Made by a program: the position numbers and the translations under genes. Of a stretch of 31,699 bases of DNA, positions 23,753 to 31,699 are shown piece by piece. Positions within the stretch are counted from its first letter, which is position 1; every line of letters begins with the position of its first letter. A model generated the notes under the pieces. It was not told where the DNA came from, did not search any database, and worked only from the letters and a program-made list of their open reading frames with translations. The stretch is from an uncultured Planctomycetales bacterium (GTDB taxonomy: Bacteria; Planctomycetota; UBA1135), in contig CAZCXL010000001.1 in NCBI GenBank assembly GCA_964502625.1, forward strand, positions 1 to 31,699. Direction: 5' to 3'.

Positions 23753-25745
23753 CCGCTTTCTGCTCGACTGGCTCGGCCGGCGCCGCCGCAGCTTCAGTGG
23801 GCAGTGCTGCGGAGTGGCCGTTGCAAGTGAAGGAATAGCAACTCTCGCCGCGGCGCAGCACGTCTGCCGGTTTATCAGGACGGCGATAGCCTTCGACCAG
23901 TTCTTCGAGCACGCCGTACACCTCTCCAAGCATTCCCTTCTGCAGCGCGGACTCCAGCCGCAGCACCGCAGCGTGCACGACTTCGGCGCCTGGACCGCGT
24001 TCGGCCGCCATGAAAATCTTGGCGTGGCTCGTGGGGCGGCTGCGCCCGGGATCCACCAGCAGCTCTTCCTGCAATTTTTCCCCAGGACGCAAGCCCGTGA
24101 TGCGGATCTCCACGCGACGCCCAGTGCCACGTGTTGCCAACTCAATCATGCGCATGGCGAGATCTTGGATCCGCACCGGCTCGCCCATGTCGAGCAAGAA
24201 GACTTCGCCGCCTTGGCCCATGGCGCTGGCTTGGAGCACCAACTGAGCGGCCTCGGTGATCGTCATGAAATAGCGCGTGATTTCAGGATGCGTAATCGTG
24301 ACCGGGCCGCCGCGCGCGATCTGGTGCCTTAGCAAGGGCACAAGTGATCCGGCGCTGTCGAGTACATTGCCGAAGCGCACGATCGAGAAGCGCGTCGGTT
24401 CCTCCGCGCCGCGCGCAAAGCGAAGCGGCGCGCGACGCGCCTGCTCGTGGACCATCAGGCACGCAAGCTCAGCGAGCCGTTTGCTGGCCCCCATTACGCC
24501 GGTGGGGCGCACAGCCTTGTCGGTGGAGACGAGCAGGAAGTTGCGCGTGCCCGCGCGCACCGCAGCGCGCGCCGCGACGAAGGTGCCGAATACGTTCGTG
24601 CGGACGCCTTCGAGCGGATTCTGCTCGACCATCGGCACGTGCTTGTATGCCGCCGCGTGATAGATCGTGTCCACGTGGAATCTGCGCAGCGTTTCTTCCA
24701 CGCGGGATTCGTCGAGCACCGAGCCCAGCACGGCCGCCACCTTCAGGCCGGGCCAGCGCTCGCCGAGGTCCATCTCGATTTGATACAGCGCCGACTCACT
24801 GCTTTCGTAGATGACAAGTTGCTTGAGACCGAGCGCCGCGAGTTGCCGGCAGATTTCTGATCCGATGGAACCACCGCCGCCGGTCACCATCACGCTGCGG
24901 CCGGTGACGAGGCCGCGCAGCAAGGAGTCGTCCGGCAGCACCACGCGGCGCTGCAGCAGGTCGTCGGAGCGCACCGCATGCAGCTGGCTCACCGGCTGGC
25001 GCCCGAGCAGGATCTCGAGGATGCCTGGCACTTCCAGCACGTGCATGTGCGCTTCTTCCAGCCGCTGCAGCATGGCGAGACGGTCGTCTTCCTCTGCACC
25101 GGGCGCGGCCAGGAGCGCGGTACGCACGCCGTGGTGCGCGGCGATTTCGCGCAGCCGATCGGAAGGATGCACGTCGAGGTCGAGCAGCCGCACGCCCCAC
25201 TTGGTCGGATCATCGTCCAGGAAGGCGACCGGGCGCATCTTGCCGCCCAAGGCGAGCGACTGCGCCAACTGCAATCCGGCGACACCCGCTCCGTAGATCA
25301 GCACCGGCTCCGCGGCTTGCGCGCGGCGGAGTTGGCGCGCGAGAAGTTGCGCAAGCACTTCGCGGCTCATGATCACCGCCAGCGTGGCGAGCAACGGCTC
25401 GAGCACGAAGAGCGCGGTGCGCGAGGCGTAGGCAGGACGCAACAAGAAGAGCGCACTGCCGGCTGCGAGCGCCGCAAGCCCCACGCCGATCATGGAGATT
25501 TGCGTGATCTTGGTGCCGGGGTAGCGCAGCGCGGCGCGATACAGCCCGAGCCGGATGAAGATCGGAATCCGCGTGACGAGCAGGATGCCGAGGAAGGTCC
25601 AGTAGTAGCCGCGGAAATCCGGCTGCCAAGTGCCCATCCGGATCGCGAGCGCGGCCCAAAGCGTGAACGCGAATAGGCCGACGTCCAACGCGACGAGGAT
25701 GGCCTGCTTCTGGCGGCGGCTGAAGCGATCCAGGAGGCCGAGCAT
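23736..25745 (-). CDS. Membrane-bound UDP-GlcNAc 4,6-dehydratase (WbpM/CapD/PglF-type)
   Basis: N-terminal TM helices, YGAG..G and FLDDD domain, TGGGGSIG, HAAAYKHVP, STDKAV, MGASKR (Met in the Tyr position, typical of the long membrane-bound members), RFGNVL, RPGEKL.EEL. Start moved to ATG 25745. Confidence 0.9.
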   Translation of the reverse strand: MLGLLDRFSRRQKQAILVALDVGLFAFTLWAALAIRMGTWQPDFRGYYWTFLGILLVTRIPIFIRLGLYRAALRYPGTKITQISMIGVGLAALAAGSALFLLRPAYASRTALFVLEPLLATLAVIMSREVLAQLLARQLRRAQAAEPVLIYGAGVAGLQLAQSLALGGKMRPVAFLDDDPTKWGVRLLDLDVHPSDRLREIAAHHGVRTALLAAPGAEEDDRLAMLQRLEEAHMHVLEVPGILEILLGRQPVSQLHAVRSDDLLQRRVVLPDDSLLRGLVTGRSVMVTGGGGSIGSEICRQLAALGLKQLVIYESSESALYQIEMDLGERWPGLKVAAVLGSVLDESRVEETLRRFHVDTIYHAAAYKHVPMVEQNPLEGVRTNVFGTFVAARAAVRAGTRNFLLVSTDKAVRPTGVMGASKRLAELACLMVHEQARRAPLRFARGAEEPTRFSIVRFGNVLDSAGSLVPLLRHQIARGGPVTITHPEITRYFMTITEAAQLVLQASAMGQGGEVFLLDMGEPVRIQDLAMRMIELATRGTGRRVEIRITGLRPGEKLQEELLVDPGRSRPTSHAKIFMAAERGPGAEVVHAAVLRLESALQKGMLGEVYGVLEELVEGYRRPDKPADVLRRGESCYSFTCNGHSAALPTEAAAAPAEPVEQKAATPGA

Positions 25746-25845
25746 CGCGAATGTCGCGGGTTGGGGAACACGCCCCCGCGATGGCACTCAATTCTAACAA
25801 GGCCGAAGTCTTGAAAGTCGCGGGATTCCTACTCGTGGAGACGAG

Positions 25846-26820
25846 TCAAGCGTCGGATTTCTTCCGGGTGAGTCTGCCCACGATCAGGACGAGTGCGACG
25901 AAAAGCAGGGCCGCAGCGGCCAGAATCCCGCTCCTGAGGCCAGCCTCAGCCCGCGCGTAGGCTCCGGCTCCCACCGCGCACAAGCCCATGAGCGCGTACT
26001 CGGCGAGAGTAGTGCGCCGGTGGCCCCAGCCGGAGCGAGCGAGCCTTTGATAGGCGTGGGTGCGGTGCGCCTCCCAGACGCGCTCGCCGCGGAGCAGCCG
26101 CCTTCCGAGCGTGAGGGAGGCGTCCACCCAGAAGGGCGCAAAAATCAACAAGGGCACGGCGAAATCGAAGGCGTGAGCGCCGACTCCCCATAAACTGAGT
26201 GCGGCCGCGAGAAAACCGAGCGGCGCGGATCCAACGTCGCCGAGAAAGATGCGCGCTGGCGGAAAGTTCCAGACCAAAAATCCGGCGAAGGCGGCCGACA
26301 CCGCGAAGCAGGCGAGAGTCAGAGAGGGCGCAGGAGTGGGAGCGGCACGAGCAATCCATCCCAAGGCGCCGAAGCCGATCACCGCCATGCCGCCGGCGAA
26401 GCCGTCCATCCCGTCCATGAAGTTGAAGAGATTGATGCTCCAGAGCACCAGCAGGAAAGTGATCGTGAGTGCGAGCCAGCCGAAAGCCGGATTCAGTTGC
26501 GCAGCAAGCAACAGGACCGCTGCCCCGCCATGCACGAGCAGACGGAGAGCGGGCGAGATGGGCCGGCGATCATCCGCCCAAGAAATGGCCGCCAGCAAGA
26601 GCAGAGCGACCGTGAAATTCGCGTGAGGAAAGATTCCGACGAAGAGGTCGGCGGCGAGCAGCGCCAGCACCACGACTAGTCCCGCGCCCGAGGGCGTGGG
26701 GAGTTCATGCAGCGAGCGCCCGTCCGGAATCGCCCGTGCCGCAAGCGGATGATTGCCACGCGCGAGCCAGACGGTGCCCAGCAACGTGAAGACAAAAAGC
26801 AGCGCGAGTAGGGGGATCAT
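25846..26820 (-). CDS. Glycosyltransferase family 4 (WbpL/WecA/MraY-like polyprenyl-phosphate HexNAc-1-P transferase)
   Basis: HELPTPSGAG, WADD, NFMDGMDG, NFPPARIFLGDVGS, AHRTHAYQRL. Start moved to ATG 26820 (ATGA overlap). Confidence 0.88.
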   Translation of the reverse strand: MIPLLALLFVFTLLGTVWLARGNHPLAARAIPDGRSLHELPTPSGAGLVVVLALLAADLFVGIFPHANFTVALLLLAAISWADDRRPISPALRLLVHGGAAVLLLAAQLNPAFGWLALTITFLLVLWSINLFNFMDGMDGFAGGMAVIGFGALGWIARAAPTPAPSLTLACFAVSAAFAGFLVWNFPPARIFLGDVGSAPLGFLAAALSLWGVGAHAFDFAVPLLIFAPFWVDASLTLGRRLLRGERVWEAHRTHAYQRLARSGWGHRRTTLAEYALMGLCAVGAGAYARAEAGLRSGILAAAALLFVALVLIVGRLTRKKSDA

Positions 26821-27701
26821 GCGGGATGGGTTGGCTGGGCCGTGCGCAGCCATTCGGCCCGCGGATCATGCGCGGGAGTCCAACCGAATTCCTGACGTAG
26901 GAGAGAATCGTTCACCACGAGAGAAGCAGTCAGGCGATGTAGCGCCGCGCGCGAGATGGGAAGCAGCCACAGCAATGCCGGAGGAATCTTCCACAAGTGC
27001 GCCCGCTTCCCCAAGGCTTCCGCAAGCACGCGTGCGAGTTCGGCAGAGGACAGAGTTTGATCTTGGGCTAGGAACACTCGCCCTCTCGCCGCCGGATGAC
27101 GAGCGATGTGCAGCAAGGCGTGTGCTGCGTTGGCGGCGGCGAGCAGACTGCGCTGATTGCGCACCGCTCCGAGAGGTAGAGGCCGACCGAAGCGCACGGC
27201 GTCGAGCAAGCGTCGTAAATTGGCGCGGACACCTGGTCCGTAAAGCAGCGGCATCCGCAAGACCACCACTTCGAGGGAAGAATTTGCTTCCACTTCGCGC
27301 AGGCTGCGTTCCGCGTCGAGTTTGCTGCGGCCGTAGGCATCTTGAGGCGCGCAAGGACTCTGCTCCGTCCATGATTCTCCTGCGGGAGTGTGCTCCCCCA
27401 TCGCCTTCACGCTGGAGGCAAAGACGAGGCGTTGCACTCCTGAGGCGGCGGCCTGCTCCGCAAGGCGTCGCGTGCCGAGCACGTTGACGCGCTGCAACTC
27501 CTGTGGGTCCGGCGAATCCGCGTGTGCAATCCCTGCGCAATGAATCACGATGCGGGTTCCGGAGAGCGCGGCTCGCCAGTCGGTGTCAGGCCCGATGCGC
27601 CCAACCTGGGCCGCGCGCCAGGCCAGCCCCTGCCGCTCGAGTTCAGCAACGAGTTGCCGACCGAGAAAACCGTTCGCGCCGGTGACGAGGATCGGCTGCA
27701 T
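26817..27701 (-). CDS. NAD-dependent epimerase/dehydratase (WbpV/WbpK-like nucleotide-sugar 4-reductase)
   Basis: TGANGFLG, HCAGIAH, FASSVKA, YGRSK, LLYGPGV, RSLL. Confidence 0.85.
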   Translation of the reverse strand: MQPILVTGANGFLGRQLVAELERQGLAWRAAQVGRIGPDTDWRAALSGTRIVIHCAGIAHADSPDPQELQRVNVLGTRRLAEQAAASGVQRLVFASSVKAMGEHTPAGESWTEQSPCAPQDAYGRSKLDAERSLREVEANSSLEVVVLRMPLLYGPGVRANLRRLLDAVRFGRPLPLGAVRNQRSLLAAANAAHALLHIARHPAARGRVFLAQDQTLSSAELARVLAEALGKRAHLWKIPPALLWLLPISRAALHRLTASLVVNDSLLRQEFGWTPAHDPRAEWLRTAQPTHPA

Positions 27702-27710
27702 GGCGGGGCC

Positions 27711-27728
27711 GGGGCGCGATTGCGCCCC
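27711..27728. other. Perfect 7-bp GC hairpin (GGGGCGC-gatt-GCGCCCC) between the phoU stop and the epimerase start
   Basis: Read directly. No U-tract, so not called a terminator. Confidence 0.4.
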
Positions 27729-27748
27729 GCTCGCGCGCAGATTAGCAG

Positions 27749-28435
27749 TTAACGCGGCCCCGGAGTCTCGCCGCTCTTGCGCGGGCCGCGGTGACGGATG
27801 ATTTCGCCTTCCTCGAGGTAGATCACGTCTTCGGCGACGTTGGTGGCGCCGTCGGCAATGCGCTCGAGATTGCGGACCGAACTCACCCAGCGCAGCAGCG
27901 CGGGCACGTGCTGCGGCTCGCTCTGAATGCGCCGCTCGAGCTGGGCCAGAATCATGCGGTTGAGGTCGTCCACCTCGTCGTCTTCGGCGCAGACGTGCTG
28001 AGCGAGCTCTGGGTCACGGCGCACGAGCGAGAGGATCGCCTCGCGCAGCATGGTGCGCGTGCGCTGCGCCATGACGTCGAAATTCTCCGGCGGCGGCACA
28101 GGAGGCATGCTCGCCATCTCGATGGTGCGCTTGGCGATGTTGGCGGCGATGTCCGCAATGCGCTCGAGGTCGTGATTGATCTTGATCGCGGAGATGACAA
28201 AGCGCAGATCACCGGCCACCGGCACGTGCAGGGCGAGGACTTTGAGCGCGTCTTCTTCGAGTTGCACTTCCATGCGGTCGATCTCGACGTCGCCCTCCAC
28301 CACCTTGGCCGCGAGCGCGACGTTGCGGGTGAGAATGCTTTCAAGAGCCTGCCCGAGCGCGGACTCGGTGGCGGCGGTCATGCGAAGCAACTCGTCGGCG
28401 AGTTGTTCGAGGTCCCGGAGGAGGTGCTTGGTCAT
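27749..28435 (-). CDS. phoU: Phosphate signalling protein PhoU
   Basis: Duplicated helical repeat with DLERIADIAANIA and NLERIADGATNVAE, D.E.D motifs; follows pstB. Confidence 0.95.
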   Translation of the reverse strand: MTKHLLRDLEQLADELLRMTAATESALGQALESILTRNVALAAKVVEGDVEIDRMEVQLEEDALKVLALHVPVAGDLRFVISAIKINHDLERIADIAANIAKRTIEMASMPPVPPPENFDVMAQRTRTMLREAILSLVRRDPELAQHVCAEDDEVDDLNRMILAQLERRIQSEPQHVPALLRWVSSVRNLERIADGATNVAEDVIYLEEGEIIRHRGPRKSGETPGPR

Positions 28436-28444
28436 GGTGAAGAA

Positions 28445-29296
<852 letters not shown>

Positions 29297-29298
29297 GT

Positions 29299-30966
29299 TT
29301 AGAAGTATCCGGAGGAGAGTTTGCGCTTCAGGCGAGTGCGCAGGGAGATCACCACGATGTTCATCACCACGATCACGCTGATCAAGAGCAGCGTGGTAGT
29401 GAAGACCATGGGCTTGGCGGCTTCGGCGTTACGAGATTGAAAGCCAAGGTCGTAAATGTGGAAGCCGAGGTGCATGATGCTGCGCTCGAGATGGATGAAC
29501 GGGAATTCACCGTTCACGGGCAGCTCCGGCGCAAGTTTGACGACGCCGGTGATCATCAAGGGCGCCACTTCGCCGGCGCCGCGCGCCATCGCGAGAATGA
29601 TGCCAGTCATGATTCCGGGCAGAGCCTTGGGCAGCACGATGCGGCGGATCACCTGCCATTTGCTGGCGCCGCAAGCGTAGGCGGCTTCGCGCAGACTGCG
29701 CGGCACGGCGGAGAGCGCTTCTTCCGTGGCCACGATCACGACCGGCAGGGTGAGCAGTGCGAGGGTGAGTGAGGCCCACAACAAACCCTGCGTGCCGAAC
29801 TTCGGCGAAGGCGCGTGCTCGGGATAGAAGATCGAATCAATGCTGCCGCCCACCACGTAGCAAAAGAAGCCGAGGCCGAACACGCCGAATACGATGCTCG
29901 GCACGCCAGCGAGATTGTTCACTGCGATCCGCACCGCAGAAACCAAGAAGCCCTGCTTTGCGTATTCGCGCAGATACAGCGCAGCGATCACGCCGAACGG
30001 CGTCACGATCAGCGCCATGATCAAAGTCATGAGCACGGTGCCGAAGATCGCGGGGAAAACGCCGCCCTCGGTGTTCGATTCCCGCGGCTCATCGGCGAGA
30101 AACTCGCCCCACCGCGAAAAATAGACGCGGAGTCGGCCACCCACGGTGAGTTGATTGGGGCGGAAAGCCCGCACTACGGAGCTCACAGGCAAGATCTTGG
30201 TGGCGCCGCCGATCTCCTCAATCACGAGTTCGTCCCTCTCCATCGTCTCGCGCAGAACATTGATGCGCGCGCTCACCAAGTCGATGCGTCCATCGATTGC
30301 TTGGCGAGCGACAGCCTGGGCAGCCTGCAAATCGAGATACGCCGCCGATTCGCGGCCATGCTTGAGTTCCGCGGCTCGGAGCTCCAGCCGCTGCTTGTTG
30401 ATCTGCTTGAACTCCCGGCCCAGATCATCCTTCTCAAGCGCATGAATTTCCTTCCACAGGGTGCGGATGGTGTCGTGACGCTCTTGGAAGGCCGCCCACG
30501 CGGCTTCGCGACCTGCTCCCACGGTCTTTCCGCCGGAGCGATACTCGCTCACGAAGCCGTAGAAGGGTCCGTATTCCAGCCGCTCAATCTGCACGACATC
30601 TTCGGGCCGCGCGCGACTTCGGATTTCCTCCGCGAACACCCACTTGTAGTCGTCGCCGTAGAAATCGAAGTTGCCGGTGCGCAGCAGTTCGCGCTCGCGC
30701 AGCTCGGGCGCCTCCACCGCGCCTTCCTCGCGCATCGGCCGAAATGCTTCTTCACGCGCGACTTCGCCGAGCAGACGCAAGCCGCCGGTGGTTTCGATCT
30801 GTTCAACGTTGCCCGGCCAGAAGGTGGCGAAGCCTCGGATGAGCACGAACGCCAGCAAACCCAAAATCATCAGCGATGCAAGCACTTGGCCCACGCCCAA
30901 CAGCCACACCAGCGGCTCACCGCGAGCGGCGAGGCTGGTGCTGCGCTTGGGAATCGTGCTGCTCAT
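29299..30966 (-). CDS. pstA: Phosphate ABC transporter permease PstA, long form with a large extracytoplasmic domain
   Basis: [46 protein letters not shown]. 555 aa. Confidence 0.93.
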   Translation of the reverse strand: MSSTIPKRSTSLAARGEPLVWLLGVGQVLASLMILGLLAFVLIRGFATFWPGNVEQIETTGGLRLLGEVAREEAFRPMREEGAVEAPELRERELLRTGNFDFYGDDYKWVFAEEIRSRARPEDVVQIERLEYGPFYGFVSEYRSGGKTVGAGREAAWAAFQERHDTIRTLWKEIHALEKDDLGREFKQINKQRLELRAAELKHGRESAAYLDLQAAQAVARQAIDGRIDLVSARINVLRETMERDELVIEEIGGATKILPVSSVVRAFRPNQLTVGGRLRVYFSRWGEFLADEPRESNTEGGVFPAIFGTVLMTLIMALIVTPFGVIAALYLREYAKQGFLVSAVRIAVNNLAGVPSIVFGVFGLGFFCYVVGGSIDSIFYPEHAPSPKFGTQGLLWASLTLALLTLPVVIVATEEALSAVPRSLREAAYACGASKWQVIRRIVLPKALPGIMTGIILAMARGAGEVAPLMITGVVKLAPELPVNGEFPFIHLERSIMHLGFHIYDLGFQSRNAEAAKPMVFTTTLLLISVIVVMNIVVISLRTRLKRKLSSGYF

Positions 30967-31699
30967 AGTTCGAAGGCGCGCTTGCGGAAGCGCTGGCGCA
31001 CGATCTCAGCCAAGGTATTGATCACAAAAGTGATCAAGAACAGAGTGAGTGCCGCCAAAAACAGCATGCGATAGAGCGTGCCGTCCTTCGCCGCTTCGGG
31101 AACTTCCACCGCGATCGTGGCGGACAGAGAGCGCAGCCCGCTGAAGGGATTCATTTCCATGATGGGCGTGTTGCCCGCGGCCATCACCACGATCATGGTT
31201 TCCCCCACTGCTCGCCCTAGACCGATCATGATCGCAGAGAAGATTCCGCTCGCGGCCACTGGCACCACCACGCGCACTGCGGTCTGCCACTGCGTGGCAC
31301 CGCAGCCGAGCGCCGCGCCGCGCAAATGATCCGGCACCGCCGCGAGCGCGTCTTCGGTCACGGTGTAGATGATTGGAATTACCGCGAAGCCCATCACGAA
31401 GCCCACCACCAACGCGTTGCGTTGCACGTAAGTGCCTAGCAGTGCATCGCGCGGATCCACTCCCCCCAGGCTCAGCAGACAACCAACGCCCAAGGCCAGC
31501 AAAAAGGAGAGTGTCACGTAACTCAAGCCTTTTGCGAGTTCGCGCGCAGCTTCTTCGGTGCGGTTCTTCGCTCCGCGCGTCTTCAGATAGGGCGACACCA
31601 CGCGCCGATGCAGCAGCACCACCACGAGGAGCGCGGGCGGGGAGAGCAGCATCGTCCAGGCGGGAGTGCCGCTGCCCGGGTGCGGCGGCGCAAGCCACG
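30963..31699 (-). CDS. pstC: Phosphate ABC transporter permease PstC, 3' part (runs off the right edge)
   Basis: QRNALVVG, IPIIYTVTEDAL, GRAVGETMIV, FSGLRSLSATIAVEVPEA, NTLAEIVRQR. The frame stays open to the window end; ATGA overlap with pstA. Confidence 0.93.
   Translation of the reverse strand, partial: WLAPPHPGSGTPAWTMLLSPPALLVVVLLHRRVVSPYLKTRGAKNRTEEAARELAKGLSYVTLSFLLALGVGCLLSLGGVDPRDALLGTYVQRNALVVGFVMGFAVIPIIYTVTEDALAAVPDHLRGAALGCGATQWQTAVRVVVPVAASGIFSAIMIGLGRAVGETMIVVMAAGNTPIMEMNPFSGLRSLSATIAVEVPEAAKDGTLYRMLFLAALTLFLITFVINTLAEIVRQRFRKRAFEL

Noticed and set aside
25746-25845. JUMPStart/ops element or ncRNA upstream of the glycan dehydratase
   Set aside because: No ops-like GGCGGTAG core or recognisable RNA family; only a short GC stem, noted under findings.

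Overview
A GC-rich, gene-dense bacterial window with no rRNA, tRNA, CRISPR array, transposase or integrase that I can support. Taxonomy cannot be fixed from the sequence; the housekeeping genes give a Planctomycetota-like impression, which is inference only. Left part (1-7167, minus strand): a tightly coupled anaerobic benzoyl-CoA pathway operon, had-oah-dch-bcrC-bcrB-bcrA-bcrD-SDR (SDR truncated by the window edge). Its ATP-dependent class I benzoyl-CoA reductase is unusual, with Thauera-like B/C subunits but a compact 268-aa A subunit. An AT-rich divergent control region (7168-7277) with a palindrome around a perfect TATAAT separates it from a YiiX-like permuted papain amidase. The rest looks like core genome: RluA-family pseudouridine synthase, RlmI-like methyltransferase, three-subunit transhydrogenase pntAA-pntAB-pntB, plsC, a DUF442/Blh-like lipoprotein, two hypothetical envelope proteins, two tandem 615-aa SLC13/TrkA-C permeases, a split BtuF/BtuD/BtuC-like ABC importer, a frameshifted methyltransferase, gmhA, a parvulin with a ~60-aa insert, a wbpV/K-wbpL-wbpM-like glycan initiation trio, and phoU-pstB-pstA-pstC (partial). 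Many genes have a TAnnnT -10 box 6-10 nt before the start codon, consistent with leaderless mRNAs; one 17-bp gap holds two overlapping divergent -10 boxes. Several start codons were moved from the ORF track. Comparisons with characterised proteins are from recalled family knowledge, not from database searches.
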